Shown: positions 49,363 to 62,361, counted from the first letter of the stretch. The stretch is 64,000 nucleotides of DNA from an uncultured Chloroflexia bacterium (GCA_963828165.1 CAWHDR010000001.1:2112001-2176000); one strand, 5' to 3'. Notes: generated by a model from the sequence alone, not told the origin. Numbers and translations: made by a program.

Positions 49363-50445
49363 TCAGCCCCCGTTGCCGCTCAGCTCCGGGATCCCGGCCG
49401 CCCAGTCGTCGAAGGACTCCCGCAACGGGGCCAGCGTCGCCTCGTCGGCGAAGGCGACATCGAGCGCCCGCCGGTCGATGGCCCACAGCTCGGGCAGGGT
49501 CAGCCCGATCTGCTCGACCGCGTTGACGTACTCCTCCGACAGCTTGATGTCCGACACCGTCGTGTCGTCGGTGCTCAGGGTCACGGGCACGCCGCGGCGA
49601 TGCAGCTGCGCCAGCGGATGCGCAGCCACGGAAGGGACGATGCCGGCCTGCCAGTTCGAGGTCGGGCAGAGGTCGAGCGAGATGCCGCGGACCCGCAGCT
49701 CATCGCACAACGGGGGGTCGTCGATGGTCCCCGGGCCGTGGGCGATGCGCTCGGGCTCCACCACGAGTGCGCGGCGGACCTGGTCTGCGCCGCCCCATTC
49801 CCCGGCATGGATGGTCAAGCGCAGGCCGTTGGCGCGCGCGGCCTCGAAGGCTCGCGCGTGGTCGAGCGGGTCGGGATAGGCGGCCTCCGGGCCGGCGAGG
49901 TCCCAGCCGGTCAGCCCCCCGTCGAGGAACTGCGCCGCCGTCTCGGCCAGCTCCACGTTCCCTTCGGCGTCGTGGGAACGCAGCGCCGTACAGATGAGGC
50001 GCACGACCGTGCCGGTCCGGGAGGCCCCATCACGTGCGCCCGCGCACACGGCCGCGATGCCGTCCGCCAACGAGAGGCCGCGCGCGACATGGAGGCGGGG
50101 GCCCCAGCGGATCTCGACATAGCGCACGCCGTCCGCGGCCTTCGTCTCGACGAGCTCCCTCGTGATGCGCTCGAGCGCGTCGGTGTCCTGCATCAGCGCG
50201 ATCGGCAGGTCGAACGCCCGCAACAGCTCCGCCTGGTCGGCGCACGGCATCGGGGCGATCAGGGCCGCGGACATGCCGATCCAGTCCGACGGGGCATCGA
50301 TCCCGCGCGTTCGGGCGAGCTCGAGCGCGGTGTCCACTCGCAAGGAACCGTCGAGGTGGAGGTGTAGTTCGGCCTTCGGCAGCGCCTCGATCAGGCGACG
50401 GCGGGCGTCGGTCTCGGTCTCGCGGTCGTCCGGCGGGGTCGTCAT
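49363..50445 (-). CDS. add: adenosine deaminase
   Basis: PKAELHLHLDGS, HAGE, RIAHG, CPTSN, STDD. Confidence 0.92.
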   Translation of the reverse strand: MTTPPDDRETETDARRRLIEALPKAELHLHLDGSLRVDTALELARTRGIDAPSDWIGMSAALIAPMPCADQAELLRAFDLPIALMQDTDALERITRELVETKAADGVRYVEIRWGPRLHVARGLSLADGIAAVCAGARDGASRTGTVVRLICTALRSHDAEGNVELAETAAQFLDGGLTGWDLAGPEAAYPDPLDHARAFEAARANGLRLTIHAGEWGGADQVRRALVVEPERIAHGPGTIDDPPLCDELRVRGISLDLCPTSNWQAGIVPSVAAHPLAQLHRRGVPVTLSTDDTTVSDIKLSEEYVNAVEQIGLTLPELWAIDRRALDVAFADEATLAPLRESFDDWAAGIPELSGNGG

Positions 50446-50533
50446 CGCCCGATGCTACGATTCCCTGACTTCCGACGCTCGCGTCCACTGCGTGCGCCGA
50501 TCCGAGTCGATCATCGGAGCCGACCAACCGCTC

Positions 50534-51487
50534 GTGCCCCAGATCCGCCAATCCCTCCTCGCCCTCGCCTGGTTCGTCGCGGTCATCCTCATCGCGCTCG
50601 GTGCGGCAGGGCTCGTCGCGGGCATGGACGGTCCCGCTACCGCCGGATCGCGCCCGTGGCTGACCGCCCGCGACGACGTCGTCGTCACGAGCCACCTCGA
50701 CGCCATCGCGGCAGACCTGGAGCTCGTCGCGGACCGGCTCGATGCGCTCGGGGCGCAGGGTCGCGGCGCGCTGTCGGCGCTGGTCGCGAGCGACCCTACG
50801 ACGGCGGCGGCTGCGCTCGATGAAGGCGACCGACTCGTGACGGATATCGCGGCGCGGGCGGCCAGGATCGGGACCGCGCTCGACGACGTGCCGCTCGTCG
50901 GCACGGAGGAGGCCGGCTACCGGCTCGGGCCGGCGGTCCGCGATCGGCACGCGCGGCTTGCCGCGGCTCTCGCGTCCACCAGGGGCGTCGAGGCGTCTTG
51001 GCTGCAGCTCGCCAACGGGTCGGCGGCTGCGACGCGACTCTCGAATCTCCTCGCCGCGCACGATGAAGCCGTCCTCGCCGCTGCGGAGCAGGGGCGCGAC
51101 GCCCAGTACGCGGCGGCGCTGACGATCCTTGACGGCGCGGACGCCGCGATCGCCGATGCCCGAAGCCTGCGCAACGCCCTGGCCCGGACGGTCGAGGTCG
51201 TGACGCTCGACGAATGGCTGGACCGCAGCGCCACCTATGACGCCGCGCTCCGCGCCCTGTACGCCGCGCTCGACGACAGTGGCGGGCGGATCAACGATGC
51301 CGTTCGCGAGGCGATGACCGAAGAAGGCAAGGCCAAGGATCGGCTCCCGCCGGACACGCGCGGCCTCGTGCTGATCATGGCTGAGATCGGCCGCGGCGGG
51401 ATGAACGGCGCCGTCATCGCGATCGAGGAGGCTCGCGGTCAGCTGAGTGCGGCGCTCGCCGAGCCTGCTCCCAGCCCGGGAACGTAA
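50534..51487 (+). CDS. hypothetical N-terminally anchored helical protein
   Basis: TM LAWFVAVILIALGAAGLVA followed by Ala/Leu-rich helices. Confidence 0.7.
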   Translation: MPQIRQSLLALAWFVAVILIALGAAGLVAGMDGPATAGSRPWLTARDDVVVTSHLDAIAADLELVADRLDALGAQGRGALSALVASDPTTAAAALDEGDRLVTDIAARAARIGTALDDVPLVGTEEAGYRLGPAVRDRHARLAAALASTRGVEASWLQLANGSAAATRLSNLLAAHDEAVLAAAEQGRDAQYAAALTILDGADAAIADARSLRNALARTVEVVTLDEWLDRSATYDAALRALYAALDDSGGRINDAVREAMTEEGKAKDRLPPDTRGLVLIMAEIGRGGMNGAVIAIEEARGQLSAALAEPAPSPGT

Positions 51488-51608
51488 GTCCGGACGTTCG
51501 TGCCATGGGCAGCCCGAGGCATCGGCCGGACGCTACACTTTCGACCACTGTCCCTGACTCGCGGTCGCCCGCGCCCATGCGGCCCGACACCCGGAGGAAC
51601 CCACCACC

Positions 51609-53121
51609 GTGCAGCTTCGTGTCGTCACCGACCAGCCGTGGGACGTCAAAGCCGACGTCCTCGTCATCCCGTATGTGGGCGATCCGACCTTCGAAGGGCC
51701 TTTCGACGAGATCGACCGGCGAACCGGCGGTGAGCTTCGAGCGCTCGCCGGCTTCAAGGAGCTGACCGGCAAGCGTTACGCCACGACGCTGGCGGCGGTC
51801 GGCGAGCTTCCGGCCGGGCGGCTCGTCCTGATCGGGGCCGGGGACACGGCGACGATCGACCGCGAAGTCATCGTCCGAGTGGGAGCCGCGGCGTCACGCC
51901 GCCTGGGTGGTCGCGTCGTCCGCAGCGTGGCCTTCTGGCTGGCCCCACTGTCGGGCCTCGACACGATCGACGGCGACGTCGCGGTCGTGGCGGAGCTGCT
52001 GACGCGCGGCGTGGTCGAGGGTTCGTACGACCCCAAGTCGATCTACCGCGACGACGACGAATTCAAGCCACCGAAGCTCGACGAGCTGATCCTGGTCATG
52101 CCGGACGGTGACGCCGGTGCGATCAAGGCAGCGGCCGAGCGCGGCGTGATCATCGGCGAGGGCGCGAACAACGCGCGGACATTGTCCAATCGTGCCGCGA
52201 ACGACGTGTCGCCAGAGGTCCTGGCCGAGGAGGCGCGCGCGATCGCCGAGCGCAACGACCTGTGGATCGACGTCATCGAGCCCGATCGGGCGACCGAGCT
52301 CGGGATGGGCATGTTCATGGCGGTCGGGCGCGGGAGCGACAACCCGCCGCGGATGATCGTCATGCGGTCCGGCAAGGAGGGGGAGCGCGATTCGCTGGAT
52401 CGCCACGTCGCGATCGTCGGCAAGGGCGTCTGCTTCGATTTCGGGCGGCATCAGCATCAAGCCATCCGACCGGATGGAAGAGATGAAGATGGACAAGACC
52501 GGCGCCTGCACGGTCCTCGCGGTCATGGAAACCGTGGCACGTCTGGCGCCGGGGACTCCATTGCTCGGGCTCGCGCCGGCCGTTGAGAACATGCCAGGGC
52601 CGCACTCCACCCGACCCGGCGACATCGTGACTGCGCTGAACGGCAAGAAGGTCGACATCACGAACACTGACGCCGAGGGCCGGCTCATCCTCGGCGATGC
52701 GCTGACCTACGCGGAACGGTTGGGCGCCACGCATCTCGTCGATGTTGCGACGCTCACCGGCGCCGTCGCGCGAGCCCTCGGATACCTCATCACGGGGGCG
52801 TTCGGTGCCCCGCAGGACTGGTACGACCAGGTCGTGGCCGCGGGCACCCGGGCCGGCGAGCGCTACTGGCAGCTGCCGCTGATCGACGAGTACGTGCCGG
52901 ACATGGACAGCTGGTATGCCGACTTCCAGAACGCCGGGTCGGCCGAGGGTTCGCTCGTGAAGAGCGGTCTCTTCCTGCGCGAGTTCGTCACCAAGCCGTG
53001 GGTCCACCTCGACATCGCCGGGACCGCGTACTACCGCAAGGCCCTGCCGTTCGCGCCACGCGGGTCGACCGGCGTGTCGCACGCCACGCTCGTCGAGCTC
53101 GCCCTGGCCGGTCGGGCCTGA
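51609..53121 (+). CDS. pepA: M17 leucyl aminopeptidase (frameshift near 52440)
   Basis: VGKGVCFD / MKMDKTG / NTDAEGRL / DVATLTGA / HLDIAG. Confidence 0.93.
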
Positions 53122-53149
53122 GCGCGGCGGCGGCCCGACCGCGAGCGAC

Positions 53150-53791
53150 GTGGAGCCGCTGAGCCTGATCCTCGGCGTTGCCGGGGCGGCGCTCGGCGTG
53201 GCCGCCGACCGGTTCGCGACCCGCTGGCCGGAGCACGACGAGGAGCATCCGCCGGGGCGGAAGGTCGATTGGCGAACCGTCCTCTGTGGGATGGCGGGAG
53301 CCGTGGCTCTTGGGTTGCTGCCCACGCGGTTCGGTGGGGACCCATTGGCGTTGGCCGTGTTCGGAGCATGGATCGTGACGCTGGTCGTTGGCCTGGCCAC
53401 GGATCTCGACCAGCGCCTGCTCCCCGACGAGTTGACGCTACCGGTCATCCCGATCGCCCTGGCCTACGCGGCTTCGGGACTCAACCCCCTCGTGGGCGTG
53501 GCCCTGCCGCTGGCCGTGCTGGCGGCTGTCCTGATCCCGGCCGTCCTGTACCTGCCGTCGATCCCATTCGGGGCCGGCGCGTTCGGCATCGGGGACGTGA
53601 AGCTGCTGGTCGGGACCGGACTGTTGCTGGGGGGTGATCGGGCGTTGGGCGGCACGATCTTCGGCCTGATCCTCGCGGGCGTGGTCCTGCTCGCGCTGCT
53701 GGTCACGCGCCGCATCGGGCGGCGGTCGTACGTCCCGTTCGGGCCGTTCCTCATCATCGGGGCGTTGTGGGCGGTGCTCATCCGCGCCTGA
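53150..53791 (+). CDS. A24 prepilin peptidase family protein
   Basis: TDLDQRLLPD, GIGDVKL, VPFGPFL. Confidence 0.88.
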   Translation: MEPLSLILGVAGAALGVAADRFATRWPEHDEEHPPGRKVDWRTVLCGMAGAVALGLLPTRFGGDPLALAVFGAWIVTLVVGLATDLDQRLLPDELTLPVIPIALAYAASGLNPLVGVALPLAVLAAVLIPAVLYLPSIPFGAGAFGIGDVKLLVGTGLLLGGDRALGGTIFGLILAGVVLLALLVTRRIGRRSYVPFGPFLIIGALWAVLIRA

Positions 53792-53821
53792 GGCCCGGTC
53801 GCCGACCCGGGGTGGTCGCCG

Positions 53822-53909
53822 CTTCCGCGACCAAACCCCGACGAAACACGGACTCACCGCGGACCAAACACGGACTAAACGCTGACTAAACGTGCCCGAA
53901 CCGTTGACA
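53822..53909 (+). repeat. phased 11-bp direct repeats ending in a -35 hexamer
   Basis: cttccgcgacc aaaccccgacg aaacacggact caccgcggacc aaacacggact aaacgctgact aaacgtgcccg aaccgTTGACA. Confidence 0.75.
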
Positions 53910-53948
53910 CCGCTCGGGCCGGAAGCGCATCCTGTCCCGACGTCGCCC

Positions 53949-53960
53949 TAAACCGGTTTA
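53949..53960. promoter_or_regulatory. LacI-family operator-like palindrome
   Basis: TAAACCGGTTTA downstream of the promoter of a starch-degrading enzyme. Confidence 0.7.
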
Positions 53961-54064
53961 GCCCCCGACCCAGCACCGCCTCGCGCGGCGTCCGGAGGGC
54001 TCCGGACGGCGCTGTCGAAGTCGTGTCAGGGGCTCGCCCCCGCGCTCGTCTCGGAGGTTCGTCG

Positions 54065-57000
54065 ATGCGCTCCCCGTCCGGTCAGGCCCGCTGCGCGGGC
54101 GTTCGGTCGCGCCTGGTCGCTCTCGTCGGGAGCGTGCTCCTGCTCGCCGGTCTCGTGCCCGCAGCGACCGTCGTGCCCGTGTTGGCCTCGCATACGACGG
54201 CGCCCACGAGCGTGACGATCGCCGGCAGCCTGCAGAGCGAGCTGGGATGCCCAGGCGACTGGCAGCCGGAGTGCGCCGCCACGCACCTTACGTACGACCC
54301 GGCAGACAGCGTCTGGCAGGGCACGTTCGCGGTGCCGTCCGCCGCCGCCCCGTACGAATACAAGGCCGCCGTGAACGACACCTGGGACGAGAACTACGGC
54401 GCCAACGCGACGTTCAACGGGGGCAACATCGGCCTGACGGTCGGCGACGCAAACGCGACGAAGTTCTACTACTCGCACGATTCGCACTGGGTCACGAGCA
54501 ACCGCAATGCCGTGATCGCCACGGCCGCCGGCAGCTTCCAGAGCGAGATCGGCTGCCCCGGCGACTGGGCCCCCGACTGCCTGCGCTCGTGGCTCCAGGA
54601 TCGCGACGGGAACGGCGTCTACACGTTCGTCACGGCCGACATCCCCGCCGGCGACTACGAGTTCAAGGTGGCGCTCGCCGAAGCGTGGGACACGTCCTAT
54701 CCCGCCGATAACGTCGCGTTCTCGGTCGCGAGCGGGAACACCGTCACGTTCACGTACACGGCGTCCACCAACGAGGTCGCCGTCGACGTCGAGGGCGACG
54801 ACCCGCCCGATCCCGCCGACGAGGCCCTGGCCCTTCGCTCGCTGCGGGACGACCTGACCGAGGAGGTCTTCTATTTCGTCATGCCCGACCGTTTCGACAA
54901 CGGGAACGCGGCCAACGACGAAGGTAGTCTGACCGGGGATCGCATGACCACCGGGCTCGATGCCACGGACAAGGGCTTCTATCACGGGGGCGACATCGCC
55001 GGCCTGCTGGAGCGGCTCGACTACATCGAGTCGCTCGGTACCACGGCGGTCTGGATGGCGCCCATCTTCAAGAACCGGCCGGTCCAGGGTTCAGCCGCGG
55101 ACGCGTCGGCTGGCTATCACGGGTACTGGACCACGGACTACACGCAGATCGACCCGCACTTCGGCACGAACGCGGAGCTGGAGGCGTTCGTGGACGCGGC
55201 CCACGGTCGTGGGATCAAGGTCTTCTTCGACATCATCACGAATCACACCGCGGACGTGATCGATCACGAGGAAGGGACGTACACCTACCGGAACAAGGCG
55301 ACGTTCCCGTATGTCGACGCCGACGGCAACGAGTTCGACGACCGCGATCACGCGGGCTCGGACACGTTCCCGCCGCTCGACCTCGACTCGTTCCCGTACA
55401 GCCCGATCTTCCGGACCACCGCCGACGCGACCGTCAAGGCGCCGGCCTGGCTGAACGACCGGACGATGTACCACAACCGCGGCGACTCCACATTCGTGGG
55501 CGAGAACTCCGAGTACGGCGATTTCTTCGGGCTCGACGACCTCTTCACCGAGCGTCCCGAGGTCGTCGATGGGATGGTCGACATCTTCGAGACCTGGGTC
55601 ACGGACGTCGGCATCGACGGATTCCGCATCGACACCGCGAAGCACGTCAACATCGAGTTCTGGCAGGAATTCGGGCCGGCCATCCAGGCTCATGCTGCCA
55701 GCGAGGGCAACGACGACTTCTTCATGTTCGGCGAGGTCTTCGACTCGAACCCCGCCTTCATGTCGCGCTACACGACCGAGGGCAAGCTTCAGGCGACGCT
55801 GGACTTCGGCTTCCAGGCACGGGCACAGACCTTCGCCGCGAATTCCGCCGCGACCGACAACCTGCGCGACCTCTTCGCGCTCGACGACCACTACACGGAC
55901 GTGGATTCCAACGCCTACAGCCTGCCGACGTTCCTGGGCAACCACGACATGGGCCGCATCGGACGGTTCATCGCGGAGGCAAACCCGGGTGCGTCGGACG
56001 ACGAGCTGCTGGCCCGCGACCAGCTGGCGCACGCGCTCATGTACCTCGTCCGCGGGATGCCCGTCGTCTACTACGGCGACGAGCAGGGCTTAACCGGTGA
56101 CGGCGGCGACAAGGACGCGCGCCAGGACATGATGCCGAGCCAGGTCACCTCCTACAACGACGACGACCTGATCGGGACGAGCGCCACGACCGCCGACGCG
56201 AACTTCGACGAGGCGCATCCGCTCTACGCGTTCCTCGGCGATCTTGCCGCGCTGAAGGCCGATCACGCGGCGCTGCGCGACGGCGCCCAGGTTCATCGGT
56301 ACTCGACGAGCGAGGCCGGCATCTACGCCTTCTCCCGGATCGACGCCGACGAGGGGATCGAATATGTCGTCGCGCTCAACAACGCCGAGACGGCGAAGAC
56401 CCAGACGATCCAGACGTACTCGGCCGACGCCGGCTTCAGCGGCTTGTGGCCATCCGGCCTCGGCGACCTGACGTCGAACGGTTCGGGCCAGATCACGATC
56501 ACCGTGCCGCCGCTGTCGGCCGTCGTGTATCGCGCCGACGCGGCTCTCGCTGCTGACTCGCAGGCGCCCGGCATCACGCTGGCCGCCCCGCCCGACGGCG
56601 CGACCGTCGTTGGCAAGGTCGAGGTCGGCGCCACGCTCGCCGATCCGGAGTTCGCGGAGGTCACGTTCGCGGCCAAGGTCGGTGACGCGACGGAATGGTC
56701 GGTCATCGGGACCGACGACAACGCGCCCTACCGGGTCTTCTACGACACGAGCGGCCTCGCGGAAGGCACCGACCTCGCGTTCAAGGCCGTCGTGCGCGAC
56801 GCAGCGGGCAACGTCGACTCCGACACCGGCTCGGCGGTGGTCGGCGCGGTCGAGCCGCCACCGAGCGGCGGCGGGACCCCGGACTACGCCGTCGTCCACT
56901 ACCAGCGGCCGGCCGGCGATTACGACGGCTGGGGCTTCCACTTCTGGGGCGACATCGATCAGACCGTCGAGTGGACGAGCCCCGTCCCGCTCGCAGGCGA

Positions 57001-60000
57001 GGATGCCTACGGCCCGTTCGCCTGGGTCAAGCTCCTGCCCAACGCGAGCGAGGTCGGCTTCATCCCGCACAAGGGTGACGAGAAGGACCCGGGCCCCGAT
57101 CGGTTCTTCAACCCCTCGCAGAACCCGGAGATCTGGCTCAAGCAGGGCGACCTGACGGTCTACACGTCACGTGCCGACGCGCAGGGGTACGTGGAGATCC
57201 GCTACCAGCGCCCGGACGACGACTACACCGGCTGGGGTCTGCACCTCTGGGGAGACGCGATCGACCCGAGCGAGGGAACGACCTGGGAGGCGCCGAAACC
57301 ACCGACGGCGATCGATGATTACGGGGCCTACTGGAAGGTCCTGATCGGCGACGCGACCCAGCCCGTCAACTTCATCGTTCATCAAGGGCGACGAGAAGGA
57401 CACGGCCGAAGACCGCAGCTTCCTGCCGACGGAGAACGCGGAAGCCTGGCTCCAGTCCGGCGACTCCACGATCCACAGGACGCGCGGCTCCGCTGAGGAC
57501 TTCGCCGTCATCCACTATCACCGCTCGGATGGCGATTACGGTGACGCAACCTCCACCGACTTCGCCGACTTCTGGGGCCTCCATACGTGGGCCGGGCACC
57601 TCGACCCGGATCCGGAGTGGACGGCACCGATCAAGCCTGCCGGAACCGATCGCTTCGGTCCGTTCTTCGAACTGGACCTCGACGATGGCGCGACCGAGCT
57701 TGCCTACATCCTCCACCGCGGCGACACGAAGGATCCCGGCCCCGACCAGTCCCTGGATCTCGTTACCATCGGGCACGAGGTCTGGTACCTGTCCGGGCAT
57801 ACGGACGCCGACCAGGTGGCCAAGTACCTGCTGCCCATCCAGGCCGGCTCGGGCACGGACGCCAACCTGTCGCGCCAGAAGGCCCACTGGCTGACCGAGA
57901 ACACGATCGCCTGGGACATCGAGCCGCTGCCCGGCGGCGAGTACGCCGCTCCACTACGCGCCCGATGGCGGCCTTGCCGTCGCGGGAGGGATCACCGGAG
58001 GGGAAGACGATCCCGCTGGCCCGTGTCGCGACCGGCCTCACGGCCGAGCTCAAGGCGAAGTGGCCGCACCTCGCCGACTACGAGGCGTTCCGCATCGCCG
58101 CGGGCGACCTCGATGCGGTCCCTGAGGCGCTGAAGGGCCAGCTGGCTGTCTCCGCGACCGACGCGGAGGGCAGTCTGCGCATCGCGACCGGGGTCCAGAT
58201 CCCGGGCGTCCTCGATGACCTGTACGCCAACGACGGCGCCCTGGGCGTCGCGTGGGCCGGCACCGTGCCGACGGTCCGCATCTGGGCACCCACCGCGAAG
58301 TCCGTCGCCCTGCGCCTCTACCCGGATGCCACGACGGCATCGTCCACGACGCATGCCATGACCCGCGACGACGCGACGGGCGTCTGGAGCGTGACCGGCA
58401 CCGCCGCCTGGAAGAACCAGTTCTACCTCTACGACGTGGAGGTCTTCGCTCCATCGACCGGACAGGTCGAGCACAACCTCGTCACCGACCCGTACTCGCT
58501 GGCGCTGGCCACGCAACTCCACTCGCACCCAGATCGTCAACCTGTCCGACGCCAGCGCTCCGGCCGGCAGGCTGGTCCACGCTACACGAAGCCCGGCCAG
58601 CGGTGCGCCGGAAGGCATCTCGCTCTACGAGCTCCACGTCCGTGACTTCTCCATCAACGACGCGACGGTGCCGGCCGCGGAGCGCGGCACGTACGCCGCG
58701 TTCACGCGGACCACGGCCGCTGACGGCATGCAGTCACCTCCGGGCCCTCGCGAACGCCGGGCCTGACCCATGTCCACCTCCTGCCGGTCTTCGACATCGC
58801 GACCGTGGACGAGGACCGCTCGACGCACCTGGTACCGCCGTGCGACCTCGCCGAGCTTCCCGCGCGACTCGGCGGAGCAGCAGGCCTGCATCGCGCAGGT
58901 CCGCGCCCAGGACGGCTTCAACTGGGGCTACGACCCGTGGCACTACACGGCGCCCGAGGGCAGCTACGCGACGAACCCCCAGGGCGCGGCGCGCGAACGA
59001 CCGAGTTCCGCGCGATGGTCAAGTCGCTCAACGACGACCGGGCTGCGGGTCGTCATGGACGTGGTCTACAACCACACGAATGCGGCCGGCCAGGCCGAGA
59101 AGTCGGTGCTCGATCGGATCGTGCCCGGCTACTACCACCGGCTGCTCGAGGACGGCACGCTGGCCAACTCGACCTGCTGCGCGAACACCGCGACCGAGCA
59201 CGCCGATGATGGAGAAGCTCATGGTCGACTCGATCGTGACGTGGGCACGCGACTACAAGGTCGATGGCTTCCGCTTCGACCTGATGGGCCACCACTCCGA
59301 AGGCCGAACCTGCTCGCCGTCCGCGCGCGCGCTCGACGAGCTGACCCTTGCCGCGGACGGCGTCGATGGCTCGAAGATCTATCTCTACGGCGAGGGCTGG
59401 AACTTCGGCGAGGTCGCGAACGACGCTCGCTTCGTCCAGGCCACGCAGACGAACATGGACGGCACGGGGATCGGCACGTTCAACGACCGGCTGCGCGACG
59501 CCGTCCGTGGCGGTGGCCCATTCGACGCCGACCACCGCGTCAACCAGGGGTTCGCAAGCGGTCTGTACACCGATCCGAACGGCGTCGAGCACGATGTCCC
59601 CGGAGGAGCAGCGCCAGCGGCTGTTGCTGCTCCAGGATCAGATCAAGGTCGGCCTGACGCGGCAACCTCCAGGACTTCGAGTTCGTCGACCGGACCGGCG
59701 CGACCGTGACCGGTGCGGAGGTCGACTACAACGGCTCGCCCGCGGGCTACACCGAGCGACCCGCAGGAGGCCATCACCTACGTCGAGGCGCACGACAACG
59801 AGACGCTCTTCGATGCACTCGCCTACAAGCTCCCGCAGGACACCTCGAGAAGCGACCGGCGCGCGCGCCCACGATCGTGGGCCTGAGCACCGTCGCATTC
59901 GGGCAGGGTCATGCCGTTCTTCCATGCCGGCACCGAGCTGTTGCGATCGAAGTCGCTCGACCGGAACAGCTACGACTCCGGCGACTGGTTCAACCGCGAT

Positions 60001-60571
60001 CTTCTGGAACAAGACGGACAACAACTTCGGCGTCGGCCTCCCGCGCGAGGACGACAACGGATCGGCGTGGCCGATCATCGGGCCGATCCTGGCCAACGCC
60101 TCGATCGATCCGGCTGCAGGCCGACATCGAGTGGACGAACGAGCGCGTTCAAGGACCTGCTGCGGATCCGCCGTTCCTCGGCGCTCTTCCGGCTCGGTAC
60201 CGCGGAGGCGATCGAGCAGCGGCTGACGTTCGCGAACGCGTGGCCCCGACCAGATCCCAGGGTTGATCGTGATGCGCATCTCGGACAACGTCGGCGCCGA
60301 CCTCGACCGCAACGCCAAGTCGCTGGTGATCATCTTCAACGGCAGCGACACGGGTCAGTCGATCAGCCTGGCCGACACGGTGAAGGGTCAGTTCAAGCTG
60401 CACCAGGTCCAGCAGACCTCGGACGACGACGTCGTCCTGACCTCCAAGTTCAGCCAGAAGACGGGCACGTTCTTCGTGCCCGCGCTCACCACGGCCGTCT
60501 TCGTGGAGCATCAGCCGGGGCCCCCGTCAGGGCAGCTGAACCGTTCGTTCCTGGGTGTCGGTGGGTCGTGA
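54065..60571 (+). CDS. secreted multidomain alpha-amylase/pullulanase (X25-like modules, GH13 amylase, PUD/CBM41 repeats, GH13 pullulanase); many frameshifts after 57380
   Basis: [28 protein letters not shown]; [33 protein letters not shown]. Confidence 0.9.
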
Positions 60572-60840
60572 CTGCGGCCCACCGCAGCAGACCCCACCTA
60601 ACGTCCCAGTACCGCCCCTGACCTTCGACCCATCCAGTTCGGGAAGCAGGCCGTCTAGACTGGTCGTTGGCGGTTGGGTTGCCCCTCGGGGTATCATCCC
60701 CCGAAGCCGGAACTCTGATCGTCGTCCTGCGGCATGTGCCCGTCAATGGACGTCGGCACCGGCGGGCTAACCGTCGACCGCGCCACGGCCCCAGCCAGGC
60801 GCCGACCAACGGAGTTTGCTCGCACGATGACGCCGCCCAG

Positions 60841-62238
60841 GTGATGCCCCGCACCATTCGCCCTGACACGGGCCGTCCCGGACCCACTGGCTGGTCGAAC
60901 CCGGTCGGCGTTCGCCGCGCACGTCGCTCGAGCCGTGGCCTGCACGCCCTCGTGCTGATGATCCCTCTGCTCGTGGGCATGCTGGGCGCGTCCGTCTCGC
61001 CCCAGGTCGCACGCGGCGATGAGCTGTCCGACGCCAAGGCGAAGTCGGCGCAGCTCAAGAAGCAGGTCGCGGAGCAGAAGGCCCGCGTCGCCGCGCTCAA
61101 CGACCTCCAGGCCGGTCTCGCGGCCGAGATCGCCGATACGAAGAACCAGCTCCGGGCGATCGGCGCCGACCTGACCGCGGTCAAGAAGAAGATCGTGAAG
61201 ATGGAAGCGCGGATCGTGGTGGTCAAGGCGGCCTACGCCGACCTCGTCGAGCAGGTCAAGCAGATGGACGCCCAGCTCACGCTCGTGATCGCCCAGGAGG
61301 CGGCCAAGCGGGTCGAGCTCACCGAACGCCGGGCGCTCCTGGCGGACCGCGTCCGCAATGCCTACGACACCGATCGGACGTCACCGCTCGAGACGTTCCT
61401 GTCGGGCGGCACCTTCACCGACATCCTCGCCGAGATGAGCTACTACATCGATGTCGGGGAGCAGGATCAGGCGCTGGCCGACCAGATCACGCGCGACAAG
61501 GAAACACTCGCCGCGATGCACCAGACCGTCCTGGACACGCGCATCCGGACGAACCTGCTGCGCCAGGAGACGGCGGCGCAGAAGCGGGCTCTCGACAAGA
61601 GCCTGCTCGAGCTCAAGGAAACCAAGAAGGAGCTCGCCAGGCTCCAGCGCGCCATCGCGAAGAACCTCGCCGCGCAGAAGGCCCGGTACGCCGCGGTCAA
61701 GCGCAGCAGGGCGAATGCAGCCGCGATCATCCGCAGGGCCGCCGCGGATCAGCGGCGCCTCGCCAAGGAGATCAACAGCCTCATCGCTCGGCAGGTCTCG
61801 CGCGGCAACATCCCCTCGAAGTTCAACGGGACGATGCGCTGGCCGATGGACGACTTCAACATCAGCGGCAACTACGGCTGCAGTTCCTTCGCCTACTACG
61901 CGCCGGGTAACGGGTGTGCGCACTATCACAACGGGATCGATCTCGTGGCGCCCTACGGCACCAAGGTCAAGGCCGCCGCCGCCGGGACGGTCGTCTATGT
62001 CGGCTGGAACTGGGCGGACGGCGCCGACCCTGCGTGGGTCGTCGTGATCGCGCATTCGGGCTCGCTCAAGACCTGGTACGCCCACATGCAGCCCAAACGC
62101 CCCGTGTCGGTCGGCGAGACCGTCAAGAAGGGCGAGCTCATCGGGTACGAAGGCAGCACCGGCAACTCGACCGGCGCCCATCTCCATTGGATGGTCGAGT
62201 TCAACGGCACGTTCGTGAACCCGCGCCTGTTCCTGTAG
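60841..62238 (+). CDS. coiled-coil plus M23 peptidase (EnvC/PcsB-like murein hydrolase); start uncertain
   Basis: Signal/TM segment, long coiled coil, HNGIDL, YAHM, STGAHLH. Confidence 0.88.
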   Translation: MMPRTIRPDTGRPGPTGWSNPVGVRRARRSSRGLHALVLMIPLLVGMLGASVSPQVARGDELSDAKAKSAQLKKQVAEQKARVAALNDLQAGLAAEIADTKNQLRAIGADLTAVKKKIVKMEARIVVVKAAYADLVEQVKQMDAQLTLVIAQEAAKRVELTERRALLADRVRNAYDTDRTSPLETFLSGGTFTDILAEMSYYIDVGEQDQALADQITRDKETLAAMHQTVLDTRIRTNLLRQETAAQKRALDKSLLELKETKKELARLQRAIAKNLAAQKARYAAVKRSRANAAAIIRRAAADQRRLAKEINSLIARQVSRGNIPSKFNGTMRWPMDDFNISGNYGCSSFAYYAPGNGCAHYHNGIDLVAPYGTKVKAAAAGTVVYVGWNWADGADPAWVVVIAHSGSLKTWYAHMQPKRPVSVGETVKKGELIGYEGSTGNSTGAHLHWMVEFNGTFVNPRLFL

Positions 62239-62361
62239 CGGACCGGCTCGCCCCGGGTCGAACGTTCACGCAGCCTTGACCAGGCGAAACAGGTTCCCCC
62301 GCACCTCGCGTGCTAGCATCGCGACTCGGAACCCATCGACGTCGGGAGGCGGATCCGGACC

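Noticed and set aside
28706-60571. Frameshifts in nrdJ, ABC genes, GH3, pepA and amylopullulanase as pseudogenes or programmed frameshifting
   Set aside because: They are numerous, scattered single-base indels with otherwise intact catalytic motifs, which best fits sequencing error; read polishing would settle it
60572-60840. c-di-AMP riboswitch upstream of the M23 gene
   Set aside because: Conserved ydaO-type motifs were not recognisable by eye
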